From Phoronis australis (taxonomy: Eukaryota; Animalia; Phoronida), in the NCBI GenBank assembly GCA_002633005.1, contig NMRA01000185.1:138402-202401 (forward strand): DNA of 64,000 bases, read 5' to 3'. The translations under genes were made by a program, and so were the position numbers. A model generated the notes under the pieces. The model was not told the DNA's origin, did not search any database, and saw nothing but the letters and a program-made list of their open reading frames with translations. Numbering within the stretch: position 1 is the stretch's first letter; the number at the start of each line of letters is the position of its first letter. Shown here piece after piece: positions 1-13,374 of the stretch.

Positions 1-1055
1 ATTTGAAAAAACTCATTCCAAAGTCGGTTAACTGGGCAAGCATGACCTAGTGCGCTTTTAGAGAATTAGATGGCAAATGCGGGACGAGACCATTCGCCAA
101 GGACCATGATAACCGCTTTGTTACATAAATTAGGGAGAATGACTTTTAGTAGATTCCTGCCATTAACTTGTAAGACTGCCGCCAAGGATGCTTTAGCAAG
201 TTACAGAATGAGAATTGGTTGAATTCGTCATAGCAGGGTTTAGTATCTTTTCAATTTACTAATTATAGTTGACGGAAGAAGATAGCGAGCACGACTTGCT
301 GATTATCGACTCGCCAAACGATTTCAATAAACAGTAAGTATTGCTTTTGTTATAGTTGTGGAGAATAGCAGTGTTCCTTTTTAATTATGCTGTACGTAAG
401 TCTATAGTGATTCTGTTTTAAAGAAGATATAGTGAGATACATTGTACACACAGTTGATCTCTGTTTTTGCAGTCACATGAGCACGCGCGCCCACACTCAT
501 AACTCATATTGTGTGGTCACAGAATTTATTGTTGTCATTCTGTGCGGGTGTTCACTCAATATTTCTGAATCTGGCTTAGTTCAAGGTGGCGTACTAGTAA
601 ATTGCAAGATTTATCAATAAGATTTTAGGAATTACGGTAAAAATTCTTCAATCTGGAACATAAGTAATTCTCAAAATTGAAAATTGCTTTATTTCTGTTT
701 TTCAGCACTTACCGCATTGCTGCAAATATTCAAACTTTTACCAAAATGGTGCTTGGTAATACCTATGCTGTATAAAGCGTGGTAAAAGCAAATCAAATTT
801 TCCTGTAAAGTTATTTTGTTGAGAAATTTGACAACGTGAAATTTCACGTCTGCCATATTGTGTCTCCAACTGCAGAAATTTTACACTAGTGTGCTGTCAC
901 GTGACATGGAATTGTAGACTTTTTATTTGAAAACGAAAGGAATATGCTAGACATCTAGTAAATTTCCAGAAATTTGACAGCGAAATTAAAATGACAAAAA
1001 TTAAGCGTTCGACTTTTTATTTAGTTGCTCGTTTGTTTATTTACTTATTACACAG

Positions 1056-1281
1056 AAAGCTGGACCACTTTGGCGCGGTAGATTTCCGCAACTTGGCCAT
1101 CCAGGCCTACTTTGCACCTGTGCTGACATCTGGTGTTATGTTTCTCAATGCTGTAAAGCCTTATGTCGTGCCATGGAGTGCTGTTGCTGTCCATGTCTGT
1201 CACGTGACTGTACCACGTGACCAATTGATGCTGTGTCTCAGTGGAACAGTCGTCGCCTTGTGCAATATTGATTCTGCTCTG
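1056..1281 (+). CDS. NOL9: NOL9-like internal exon (226 nt)
   Basis: cacag|A AAG CTG...GCT CTG|gtaagg; lies within ORF 991..1293. Confidence 0.85.
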
Positions 1282-4081
1282 GTAAGGACATGAGTTAATA
1301 AGTAAAATTTTGAAAATTTCAAAATATGTTGAGATTTTGATAGGGGGTTTTTAATTCTTTTCTATTTGCACAGTTCAATAATTAATCAGATATGTGCTGC
1401 TAAGCAACATTTTTGATTGCTCCCTCGTAATAGGTCTGAGATCTCGCATCTTGAATATTTAACATGTCGCGAGCACCATTTCCTCCCCATTTTTAATAGG
1501 TGCCTGTATAATTGATTACTTCAGTTTTCATTTGTTAGTTGCGAGCGACCTATGATCAGTTTATAATGCTGTATACAATGGTTATAAAATTAAGGTTTGT
1601 CTTTGATGGCGTGTTGGAGTTCACAATCTCTAGTGCTGAAGCAGAACTGCTTTCGATAGAAGTTTGTCTGTTCATAATCATCTGCCTTTTATCCGACTAC
1701 ATATTACGTGTGTGTTATGCTGTCATGCCCTCCCATCAGGTGTCCACTGCTGTATCTAAAAAACTCCTTGAAGAATGTTCGTTTGACGAATGTTCATAAA
1801 AGTTTTTAAACTAATGTTGGGTTTGGCAGATCAGTCCAAGTCATGAAAATGGGCATGTGTGTTTCTACTGGGAAGGGCATGGCTAGTTTTGAATGGGTAT
1901 AACTGTTGTGGTGCCCTCTTTTGGCAATTTTGTTTTTTGCCATCGGCTCAATACAAGTTCATTGATGGATCTTCATGAAACTTGACGTGTGTTTCTATTG
2001 AGGAAAATACAAATGGTGTCTGTTTTGTGAATTTTCTGACCACGGCGGAGTCGCCAACTGGGAGTTTAGTTTGTTGCTGTGATATCTACCCAGTTCCTTG
2101 TTCGATATTCATGAAATTAGGCAAATAAGTTACTATCAGTAGAGAGCCCACCTCCCAGTAGCCTGTCTATTTTTTGTCTTTTCCCCTCCTATCCTGTATC
2201 CTTGGAGACTTGTGTTGAGTGGTGGCGGATGTGTTCCTATTAAGGAGTGCATTTCTGGCATTTTTGCACCTCCTGGCTGTTATCGATATAGGACACATGG
2301 CAGAGAAGGAAAATTCATTTTTCATATAGGGTATTTACGTATCACCAAGTTAATGGTTTTCCATATTCAGTACCATAGTTGCCACCAGATATTATTTTGA
2401 AAATGCATAGGCATTCATTTGGAAAATGGGAAAAAGACAAATTTGGCAAATGTGTTTGTCCGAAATTAGTGAGATTTTGCCATACTTGATTTACTAGCAT
2501 TGCTCTGTTTAGTGGGAATGTTTCAAATGATGATACCTCTTTTATCTGCATTGTATGCGATGCACACACTGAGTGCATGTCAACGCTCCGTGTTGCTGTT
2601 TATATAATTAATGTGCCTTGTTTCTTACGGGATTTAAGATTTAAATTTTTTTTAATCAGGTCATCAAGCCATCAGATCCCAGTCTTCCATCTTTCCTTAG
2701 TGAGAAACCTGTGTGTTCTGCCATAGGATTTGGTAAGTGAAGTCTCAATGTTAGTTTCCAGTTAATTGAAATATCAAACTGCAATTTGTACTCATGATTT
2801 AATGATATGGTAAATGTTCAAGCTTATAGAGCGTTATCAAAATTGTTTTGATATTATAACTTCAGGAAGTTTCAAGCAGTGGTGATCGCACTGTCTTATA
2901 ACTTGTACGTCTTGCCATTGGCCTATGACAGTCTCTAAGGAAGTCTCAAGTAGTGGTAATCCCACTCATACCTTGTCTAGCTCTATTTTGATTCAGATTT
3001 TATTGCTTCGATCACTTAGTTATTTCTGGCTCGCGATATTTTACAATTTATTCTAGGCACAAAACCCTATGTTCTCCAATGGCTTTCTCTTATTTCATAA
3101 GTAGTATACATGGTGCGTGTTGGGGAACCAAAAGAACATTGTGATTTCCTTATCGCTTGGCTGCTGTTATTTTAGGATTGGTCCGTGCGATTGATCCCTG
3201 GTTGAAGGTATTCTATGTGGTCACTCCTGTGGCTCCTGCTGACCTCCGGTCAGTCAACTGTTTCCTGAAGGGCAGTCTCGAGTATCCTGAGCATCTCCTC
3301 AAATCACAGGTGAGTCCAGGAGGCTCAGATGACCAGCACAGAGGCTGATCCATGGTTTTTTGTGGGCCTGGCAGTATAGATCCCCCTCGGAAGAGCTACA
3401 TACTTCACTTTGTCTTGTGACTTGAGCTATAATTGTTTAGTCAGCATCATAAATGCTAAGATTGTTCTATTTTCTGGTATGTGTAGAACTAAATATCAAT
3501 AACCATATTTCAATCGCACATCATTCAAGGGTTTGCTCTGTGAAGCTAATTTCCTGAAAGTTTCTCAGCATAGTTCAAGTCTCCGTGAAGATCGAAGTAT
3601 ATCATGTGAAGCGTGTTTTCGTGAAGTGACATTATCCATTAAGGGGAGGTAGTCAACAGGTTACAAAACGTCTGAAAATTTAGTGAGTTTCCATAAGTTT
3701 TGATATATAACTATTACCAGGCCACACTTGGCAAATGCTCAGAGTCAGTATGCACCAGCATCCAGTTTCAAATTGAGTGACAAACTTAAGTTAATTCGAA
3801 GGCATAATTTGTTATGCCTTTCATTTTACATAGAACTCTTTGTATTTGATATTTTGGTTCTTTTGTCCCTGCGGTGATGAAATGCATGTACGTGATTACT
3901 CACTTGTGCTAAACATTGTGTAAATGTGTTCACAAAGTTGATACGTAATATTCACTTACAGGATATTGCCAGTTGTGCACATCTGCCGTACATTGACCGT
4001 GTTCCTGATGGGTTTGGTGGCATTAAACAAAGACAGTACCTGCAGAGAAGGCGTTATGGGGGCCAGTCTCTGCTAGATTGA
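1056..4081 (+). CDS. NOL9: NOL9-like polynucleotide 5'-hydroxyl kinase, 3' part: join(1056..1281,2660..2732,3176..3309,3962..4081); 5' exons lie outside the window
   Basis: Four AG/GT-bounded exons splice in frame. Product: ...DFRNLAIQAYF...KPYVVPWSAVAVHVCHVTVPRDQLMLCLSGTVVALC...PVCSAIGFGLVRAIDPWLKVFYVVTPVAPADLRSVNCFLKGSLEYPEHLLKSQ...LPYI...*. This resembles the NOL9/Grc3 C-terminus as I recall it (PYQVPFNAVAL...PICDCLGFGICRGID...ILTPVPPEELRTVNCLLVG). Confidence 0.88.
2660..2732 (+). CDS. NOL9: NOL9-like internal exon (73 nt), VIKPSDPSLPSFLSEKPVCSAIGF(G)
   Basis: ttttaatcag|GTC...TTT G|gtaagt; phase matches both neighbours. Confidence 0.85.
3176..3309 (+). CDS. NOL9: NOL9-like internal exon (134 nt), GLVRAIDPWLKVFYVVTPV...LLKSQ
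   Basis: ttttag|GA TTG...TCA CAG|gtgagt. Confidence 0.9.
3962..4081 (+). CDS. NOL9: NOL9-like terminal coding exon, DIASCAHLPYIDRVPDGFGGIKQRQYLQRRRYGGQSLLD*
   Basis: cttacag|GAT...TGA; LPY motif and basic tail. Confidence 0.75.
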   Translation, partial: DIASCAHLPYIDRVPDGFGGIKQRQYLQRRRYGGQSLLD

Positions 4082-4169
4082 TGGTCACGAGAAAGGATCA
4101 ATTGATTTTTGCTCTGGCATAAAGTCACTCGCAGCGATTGGGTAGTTGTATGGACGCCCGGTGACATTG

Positions 4170-4410
4170 GACTGAGTGACCTCTATGGAGGATGAGAGAA
4201 AGAGACCAAGTGATGGAGGACTGAGAGATATCTTTAGAGGATCAAAAAAAGGCCAATTGATGGTGGATTGAGGGATATCTTTTGGGGTTGAGAAAGAGAC
4301 AAATTGGTGGTGGATTGAGGAATGTCAGTGGAGAATGAGAAAACAAACAGGTGTTGGATATCTGTGGAGGATGAGAAAGTGATGTGGAATAAGGGATATC
4401 TATGGAGTTC
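4170..4410 (+). repeat. Degenerate purine-rich tandem repeat (~40-45 bp; GATATCT.TGGAGGATGAGAAAG..) just after the NOL9 stop
   Basis: Recurrent gatatct, ggaggatgaga and ggtggattgagg words. Confidence 0.6.
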
Positions 4411-4486
4411 ACCTAATATGTACTTGCCTGATTGCACTGTCTCATTTGTCCCTAGAGATATCTGTTGTGCTGTTGATTTGTTCCAT

Positions 4487-4820
4487 CTGCATATGCAGTA
4501 TGTACCCTCTGCATATACAGTATGTACCCTCTGCATATACAGTATGTATCTTCTGCATATACAGTATGTACCTTCTGCATGTACAGTATGTACCCTCTGC
4601 ATATACAGTATGTATCTTCTGCATATACAGTATGTAGCTTCTGCATATACAGTATGTACCTTCTGCATATACAGTATGTACCTTCTGCATATACAGTGTG
4701 TATCTTCTGCATATACAGTATGTACCTTCTGCATATACAGTCGGTGTGTACTTTCTGCATATACACTACGTATCTTCTGCATGTACGGTATGTACCTTCT
4801 GCATGTACAGTATGTATCTT
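4487..4820 (+). repeat. 22-bp minisatellite (CTGCATATACAGTATGTAYCYT), about 15 copies
   Basis: Directly visible; accounts for the overlapping 22-aa-periodic ORFs at 4234-4848. Confidence 0.97.
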
Positions 4821-5831
4821 GTGCTTCATTCTGAATTGGGAGAAATAGGTGGAACTATTATGGCCGCTGCTTAACCTAATCAGTTGAATTGCTTTAATTT
4901 TTAAATGAGCAGATTAATTTAAGCCAAATTTGCGGCAACGAAATCTAGAAGGAATCTAATTTGTCAGGAGAAATCTAAACCCAGAACTTAAAAAATGAAT
5001 GTAATGGTGCGTATGAACCAGTAAGAAGTTGGCATCCAATTGTGATGCAGTTGTGGCTGAAATTGGAAGCCAGTGTTTTTAAAAAAAAATTTGCTTGCAT
5101 GAGTTTGTGTAGCCTTTGGGAGGGGCTGATGACTGACCAAATCAACATCTCTTTCTATAATGTTGCTGCCATAGACATCACATAGAGTGAGCACGTGCCA
5201 CTCAGAAAGATGTAGCTCGTGTTTTCAATATGACGGACGCCATATTGGAGAGTGATTGCTACACAGGACAAAAATGGCGGAAAACACTGGGAGCCCTACA
5301 GCATTGGTCTGGAAATCCGGGGGCTCGCAGTAAGAGTTGAGTTTCTTGGTCCTGCCATTGAGTCATTGGTTTTTTGGTTCAGCTATGGAGTTTAGTGGTG
5401 CTGCCTCTTGTTTTGTCATGTTGTGCCACCGTAGTTTAAGCAGAGCGACCATGCATTGTTTTCACCGTAATCTTGGTGAGTGAGATCATAAGAGATCAAT
5501 TAAAAAATAATTATTGACCTGACCAGCATATGCTGTTATCCATTGATGATGCTGTTTGTTAATTGTGCTTAAGTAAATATTTGGTACTAATGAAAATCAT
5601 CTGCATTTCTATTTAGTTGAAAAACAATATCTGCATGCCCGAACTTAGTACCCGCCAGCCATCCAAATCAGTACATCTTAGGGAATAATGTGTTCTTTAT
5701 TGAAACCTATACTTCTTTAAAAACTCATTTGTTAATATGTATTTCCAAAATCAGATATTTTCTATTGTAACAAGCAAATCCAGGTATAATCTGTACTTAT
5801 GTCGAAGTTGATATTGGAAATTCTGTAGATT

Positions 5832-5980
5832 CAGTGGCGGATTTAGATGGGGGCCATGCCCCCCCTTAAAATTCTCCCAGATTCCATTTGGCAGTTTGGG
5901 AGTGGGAATGTCTGACGGGCAAAATACTGGTTAATACTCTGCACTGGCCCCCCTAACTCAAAATTCTGGATCCGCCCCTG
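5832..5980. mobile_element. 149-bp MITE, TIRs CAGTGGCGGATTTAG / CTGGATCCGCCCCTG
   Basis: Terminal inverted repeats; AGATT on both flanks. An inverted homologue lies at ~23205-23351 and a related terminus at 57182. Confidence 0.8.
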
Positions 5981-6741
5981 AGATTTGCACTGCTTGCTTA
6001 CGAACTCTTTGTGTGACTTGAAATGCGCGCAAAAGGTAAAGTGCATTGTAACCAAAATACCAAACCCATACAATTGAATTGCACACCTGACCTATACCCA
6101 AAATACAGAATTTCCCACTTCTATAGGTTTGAATATTTTCATTATGGACTGACTGACTCTTAAAAACGCATGTAAGTGCTGCATCACATGTTTTTTATGT
6201 TTCTTGAAAAAACTCAAACTCTTCCGCCTCTTTATGTGTTAGATATGGTCCTTTGCAAAGAGCACTTTGCCCTGTTTGGTTTCACGGCGATTAACCGTGT
6301 TACGTGACTAGAAACACTCAGCAATATAGCAACAAGCTGTCAGCTGCAGTAGCGTAGTAGTGTGTCCGGTTTTTAGTATTAAGATGTGTATGGTCGCTGA
6401 TTTCGTTAAACCACTTTTTATGGATGAAAACTGGAAATGCATTCATTTAACCATCTTCCCCAAAAGTGTCTTACTAGTTATTGGACCCTACCTCACCGTT
6501 TCTTCTTCTTGGTTTATGTGACCACACTCTCTCCAGAGTATTATGTCACTGTATAACAATGAAGATCAACAAAAACGAGAACAACTATAACAGGTTTAAA
6601 AGGATATAGGCCTACATACATAGTTGACATCAGTTCAGAGGTCGGTTAACATAGCTAGGTCATTACCAGATAAGGCAGTCAATAAGCGGGTTTAACTGGA
6701 ATGAAGGCAGGTTCATTCATTGGCAATAGTCAGATATAATA

Positions 6742-6822
6742 ATAACATGCCCGTATTTTGAGAACCAGTTTTATGCCCGTTATTTAGTGGAGACAACTGG
6801 TTCTCAAAATTCGGGCACGTTA
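6742..6822. repeat. Short palindromic dispersed repeat (AACATGCCCGTATTTTGAGAACCAGTT...AACTGGTTCTCAAAATTCGGGCACGTT)
   Basis: ~27-bp inverted arms; second copy, inverted, at ~45885-46003. Confidence 0.75.
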
Positions 6823-6829
6823 CAGAGGA

Positions 6830-8455
6830 CCATTACCGGTTCATTAGTGACATCAGGAGCTAACTGTTCACCCATCTGGCCATATTTAAAATGGTTGGGT
6901 GTCAATGGTACCTCGATCGGAACATGAGAGGTCTCGGGGTAACCATACCCTTGGCAGCAGTCAGTATAGTTCTTCATCTGTGTGATTTCTGCACAATCTG
7001 GCATAGCCTTAATGACTCTCTTGGCAGTTGGTATCATAAAATACTTCATCCCTTGATAATTTGTTTTGTAGACTATCTGCGTACCATTCAGGGTTTCCAA
7101 TTCCTGGTATTTCTTGAACGTACCGACAGAGTTAAGAGTCAGAGTTGATACGTGTGCAGGTATTCCCTTGCATGAAGTCATCCTAAGAATGCATTCTAGA
7201 ATGAATTTGTGTAAAGGCTATGCACTACCTCTAAATGTCCACCACCATTGGCCATCTTACATTTCTTTACTGTAGTATATGCAGTCCGACTTATTGGAGA
7301 CTGGTTTTTGTGACACGGCGGCCAACCATCTCCGTAATATTGCTGTCTTCGTTTCTCATCCGTTTGTTGATATTTGAAGGTTTGCTGTGAATTGGAAACC
7401 CCTGTTCCCATTTGTTTGCTGATTTCCAAAGTGATGTGAAGCCCTGGCTCTTTTTTGATTACATGTGTGCCAACCTTCTGAAGAAATGGAGTTTTTACAG
7501 TGTGAGCAGCTTTCCGTAACGAGAAGAATTACTTAGACAAAGATTGGTTGTTCTCCGTGGCCAACTGCAATCATCAGCTTAGCTCCGTGCTTCCTGAAGA
7601 TTTCGACTCTTAAGCTCATGATCTCTCCAAACGTTGGGCCCCCAATAGTTGCGTTGCAATCGACTATCAAGTCCTGTAAGAACTCTCGGACATGTACTTC
7701 CACATAATCCACACGCTGCCCTCCACAGCCTTCTGTCCACACACCCTGACCACCTTCCTGGAATGGTTCACACCAGCCACCTTCAGGAACCTGAATAAAG
7801 AAGACACCTCACCTCAAAATGAATCTGTTCGCAGCTGTAAGCTTTCCCCTGGATTTCTGTTGGTAATTCTGCATACCGTAATAGCGTACGCTCGTGGGCT
7901 TCATAGAAACCCTCTTCCCATGCAAATGTTAGTTCACCAAGAACAAGATGTTTCCTCACTTCATCGAGCAGATAGGAGCAATTCCTCTGGAAGTGTCTTG
8001 TCTATCCGAACTGTCCAGTACCAGATTTGATGCGATCCGTTTTTCATAAAGATTAAATATTCTTTATGGTTTGTCTTGCTGATTATGTTTTTTTACTACA
8101 GCATGCTCCTCTATCCGAATCAAGCTTTTGTGGCTTCTTTTTGCTGATTTGATGCTGGCAAAATCCGTGACTTAACTCTGATGACGTTAATCTCCGATCT
8201 TTGAATCACCTAATCAACAGCCGCTCTCCAACTTCTGTCCCTCTGATGAGGCCCATTTGGTAGCTATATCTAAGACTTCTTGTCCTGGGTATCCATAACC
8301 AAGGGTGTCCATTTCTCTTTGCTACTTCACCAGCAGGGCCTCTTCTTCCTCATTGAAAATGGGAGGAACACCCCCGCATGGTGACGCACTCAAGGGGCGA
8401 CCATTCTGTCTTGTACCGTTGTGATTGTCATCCCATGCTTTTTAGCAGCGCCTGA
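6830..8455 (-). mobile_element. Degenerate pogo-like (Tc1/mariner superfamily) transposase
   Basis: Frameshifted minus-strand peptides: AAKKHGM..TVQDR (psq-type HTH), GGVPPIFNEEEEALLVK..EMDTLGYGY..EVLDIA (CENP-B-type HTH), RIFNLYEKRI (cf. RIFNxDETG). Many stops. Confidence 0.65.
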
Positions 8456-8829
8456 AATTTCATTTTCAAGAACCTTTTGGTATACTTTTTATAAATTACC
8501 GGTGTCATGTTGTTTGAATTTTTTCTCACTTTTGACAGGCTTATTTTATCTTAAGGGAATAAATACTGAAATTTTGTTTGTGTTTAATTGGCCATCTTAT
8601 TTAATTTTATCTTAATCATGCCATGCTGTGTCTGTGTTGTTTGTAACACTGAAATAATGTGTAATAAATAAAATGTCACATTTTATTGTTTGGTCACTCA
8701 CTACCAAGTATTTTAATTGGCTTCAAATAAAATCATGAGGAGTGTTTTCTTGAAAACATTTCATTAGTATAAAACCTTTGGAGATATTAACAAAGGTCAC
8801 AACAATGAAGAAAAACGTCTACTGAGCAA

Positions 8830-10160
8830 TTCATATATCTGACGTCTATTTTGCAAGCCCTTTCATTTGCGAATTAATCGATGATTTCTTCAAAGTAAAT
8901 GAAATCAATTATTTTCGCAACTGACGGAATGGCAGGGATTGTTAGACGATCTTGGCTAATCGTTTACCTTAGGTAACTTTACTATCTTCAAGTTGCTGAA
9001 AGCCTTTTCCCAAGTTGCCACTGAGAAAGGCATGATCAACAATATATGCGTTGACGGTCTGCGGTTCGGAAACGGTCCTTTCTGTATTGCATGGTGGCTG
9101 TCAGAAGCTCTTCTCGTGTGGAAGGAATGTTTATGTGCTTGATCGTTTCTTGAAAAGCTTTCGGTATTGCTTCGTGACGAGACGGTTGCCGCGCGCTTAA
9201 GTCCCCTTCAAATGCGACATCAAAGTTCGTACAACGTTGCAGCAGATCATTCTATCTGCCAAACATTCAGTGAATGGACGTCGAATGGTAATTCCAACTG
9301 CGAGTTCAAGGCTTGAATCCGGTTACTGCGTTCTTGAAGTTCAGTAGTCGGCGTGTCTACCAATGTGCCAGTTGGTCCACTGGGTTCAAACCCACGTCGG
9401 TTACTTCCTCACCAATCATGTTTTGCTTTCATTTCACACGTTGCTCTGTGGTAACTGCCCATTTTTTCGTCATCCTCAACCCTTCTTGACGAGAACTTTC
9501 TAATAGACCATCCCGTTCGGCATTGACGTGTCTAGATCAGCAGCTGCTTCTCGGAGATTCACGTTTGGCAATAGCAACCGTTGATATGGTGCAGGTTTGG
9601 GCTCCAAAAGAACGTACACCACACAAAATCAAACTGAAGAAGACACTTTCGTATTTCCAGCCCTTTGTCAGCTGAATCGAACTGGCGTCCTCATTCATGT
9701 GCTGAATAAGTTCAATCGGGTCTCCAAATGAAGTGTCAATGACCCGCACTGCCGTTTCTTGTCACGTTCATTCAAAACCTGTGTTGTAGCTACATTGGGT
9801 TGCTAACACAGAAGCACGTTCGCGTTGTTCAACCTCTTGCTGTGTCCCTTTTCCACAACTTCCTTTATTAGTTTCTCAGCTGTAATTTTGCTAACGAGTG
9901 CGTTTGCACAACCTTTCGTGTGTGAGGTTCGGTTTTCAACCCAAAATTTTAATTCCTTCTTCCAACAAATTGTCATCAAGAGCCTGTATTAGATTTGAGA
10001 TTCCTCAACTTATAAACAACAATGAAATACCAGTCTCTGCGCTAAATATAATAAAAACACATTCTTTGCAAGCATTCTCCAGGTTCTTAACCAATTTTAT
10101 TAGCAACTACGATCCAGTTTGTCATATTTCCAATTGCTTCATATGTAACAGTATCTAATT
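8830..10160 (-). mobile_element. Degenerate hAT transposase, C-terminal part with dimerisation domain; may extend to ~11100
   Basis: Minus-strand fragments KKWAVTTEQRVK*KQNMIGEEVTD and FPN..ILLIMPFSVATWEKAF/FSNLKIVK..L..TISQDRL (cf. FPNL..ALRILLTxPxSVASxERSFSxLKxIK). Confidence 0.75.
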
Positions 10161-13100
10161 GTATTCTCAAAATCTCCTGAGTTGTGCCAGTCTACTTCTT
10201 GGTTCCTGGCGTGTCGTTCGTTTTCAGCACTAATTCACTTTGTTTTCTTAAGTATTCCTACTATTTTTGCATTTCCATTTATTTATTTTGTACAGGGGAC
10301 CTTCTTATTAGCGGTCAATAACCTTTAGAAGGCCTCCTAATTGAAATCAAATTTTAATCATTGTATTATTATAATATAATGTAAATAAAAGTGTTTTCTC
10401 TCTCTCTTTGGTTATATCAACTTTGTTAGTTACTGGTACTTTTTAGTACAAAATCGCTGTTCATGTTCTGAGTTGTTATTCTGAAATTGATTGAATAACA
10501 AATGTGTAAAATTTTCGTGACAGCGGTAGGCCACCATACTTTGACCAAATTAGGAAATGGCGTAAACATAAATACAATGGAAAGAATTTGTTGTGTAATT
10601 AAGTCGAGATGGTTCTTGAAAGTATTCTAAACGTTTGCACCAAATGTAGGTCATGTTACATGAATCTCATTGGCATAACATGGTAACCTCTGTTTTTTTC
10701 TGCGACTGCAGACAACAGAATTTGTTGAGATATAGTCAGCGGAATTGCTAGATTCTTGCTGCCAGGACCATATATTGCATCGGAGATGGGAACCCTATGG
10801 ATGTTACTGTAATGTGTTACAATTAGAGAGGAAGAAAGACCTAACGTGTTTGTGTCAGAAAATGTCCTCTGTCTGCCTTTATTGACTTGGTCAATCATGT
10901 CGGAGGTCGTCAAGTACAGCGCATGTTTGGTCTTCAAACAGGTCTGCGGTTGAGTGATTTGGATCGAATCCTGTTCGTGACGAGCTCCATTCCATTGTTA
11001 GTAGTCGGATGGTAGAAACCAGCCTGAAGTTGTCTGGCAACAATGACCTCTATCGGTGTTGTTTGGATTATAGACTTGAGTCGCTTGCTGTATGGTAAGC
11101 AACTTTTACTAACACTAGCCTATTCGAAACAGCAAACATGATGGCAACATCAACTGTTTGAAAGTTTCCGCAATTACATCAGACTTCATGCTCGCAACAA
11201 ACACTTGTTATTTTGCCATTCAATGTAAGAATTTTGTTTAATGTTGATAACACACCTTTGATTCTGAAGTACGACTACTGAGGTCAATGAAGACACCTTT
11301 CTGTGAAAATAACGTGGTGTTAACAAAAAACAAAAACATTGCATTCTTGTCTACTTTACATTTAGAGCAATGCTAACCGCAATGACGACATTTCAGTTAT
11401 TTTTCATTTGGAGAGCTATCGAGTTTACATAACCTAGCTTTCGCTACGACTGACTACAGAAAAAATTCTTGCGCTGTTCTCTTGTGAAGCGAGAAGGCGC
11501 CAATAAGACTGCCATTTTTTAATACAGATATAAGCTGCATCAATGAGGATAGCAAAATTTTTCATTTCCAAGACTAAAATTTCCAAATATTATTGTCGAA
11601 ATCTCTGGTTCTGTGAAAGCGCCAGTATCGAACCTGTCATATTTCGATATGTTGCCGATTTTTTCAAGCTAAAGGTATGCTGGAAGAGCTAAATATGTGT
11701 TTCTTCGTAACAATACATTCCATACTAAATTACCGTGTTTGCAAGCTAACAATTGCTGTAAAAATACGTGGTGACACTGCAAAATAGCAATGGCACTGCT
11801 TCATAGCTATTTTTTGTTCCTGAAGTAAAGTGTTGAAATGTTTCCGAAGTGCGTGAAAAACATGAGAGTCAAAGTGCGTAGGTTGGGTCACTCTGTACTA
11901 ACTAATTAGTTATAAGATAAGTTACTAGGTGTGTCTGTAGCTGACTTGCAGATCAAGACTGACTTTTAGCATATATAAAATCATAGCGTATTGACTTAAT
12001 ACAGCTTAAGACTATGTTGCAGCTCTTCTGTTTGTAAACGGGCTCTCCTTGATCTCTACGGACTCGTCTCACTTGATATTTTGATTTATGTCTACAATTT
12101 AATTTTTTTCTTAGCACATTATTATTTTAAGTTATGGTTGCAGAATGATAAAAGCCAGTTTTTAATTTCTTGCGTTAAGTCTGTGAGTATTGCAACCCAC
12201 AAAATTTTATGCCTGAACGTTTCCAGACATGGTGGTCGTTTTTGCTGTAAAAACGTGTTCTTACATAGGGTCTAGTTCTCCATAATGTGTTTATCTGAAT
12301 TTCGTCGCCGTCCCTGTACTTATTGTTTGATGTAATAAATTTGTTCCCAGAAAAAAATCGTTAAATCTAGCGCCCACAACTTTAGTTGAATGACTGTGTG
12401 GTTTATAGTAAATGACCATTTGGTTTTTGGGCGTGGTAAGAGTTAATGTGATGCGTAGTACTAAGTGGGTGGTGGTAAACGCTCCGTTCTCTGGTAAGTG
12501 CAAGTGGCCCGACTGTAACCCTTGAATTTTGCCCTCTTCAGAGAGATTGTTGAAAATTGGAGTCGGTGGTAATAACACTGTTCGTTTCCTGAAAAATCAT
12601 CTACATGGGGACCAGATTGGTTAATCAACTTAAAAGTCACCTATATTAAATTCGCAGGCAACGCTTACTTCGTCAATCCAGAAACGCAAACTTCATTTTA
12701 GAATTAATCAAGTTTACAATGGGTTCCACTCCAAACATGAGAGAAAGAATGGTTTTCCAAAATGGCACGCCATTTTCAATGAATCGTGACTATTCGACAA
12801 CTGTGAAACACGATTTTCAAGCTAACGTGTTTTTTCTTAGTTAATTAATTGTATGAATAAGTTTTAAACATTTTGTTAGATCATCAAGTGCAGTTTTAGA
12901 ATTATTTGATGTTTTAGTAGAGTAACTGGGCAATTTGTTTGAAAACTGAGAAACGCGTTCGTTGGGTCATTTTCGCTGTAGTTTGTTACTATTGACAACA
13001 ATCTCATTGTGCAGTTATGTTAATCAGCATGCTTGGTAAAACCGAAAAAAACAGCTCTTGGTATTTTCTACTTCCTTGAGTATTTTTCATGGTGATTTAT

Positions 13101-13374
13101 AAAAACAGGTTCCGTGGTGTTTGCACTTGTCCTAATCTTCATTAGCGATCATCGATCATTCAAAAAGTGGTAGCCAATATCCGGTAACGTGATGACTAAG
13201 AAAATCCTTTAGTCTCGTAAATTACACAGCATGTCCCGTAAGTGAGCACCCGTTCCTTACGCAGTTACTTGCTTAAACCAAAAAAAAAATGTGCGCAGTT
13301 ACGCTCTGAAAAGGTGTCCAGTACGTACTGCTAACGCTCTAGCAAGTACAGTTTGAACGGGTGGATAAAAGTAT

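Noticed and set aside
4234-4848. Six overlapping ORFs of up to 182 aa
   Set aside because: They arise from the nearly stop-free 22-bp minisatellite; the 22-aa periodicity equals three units
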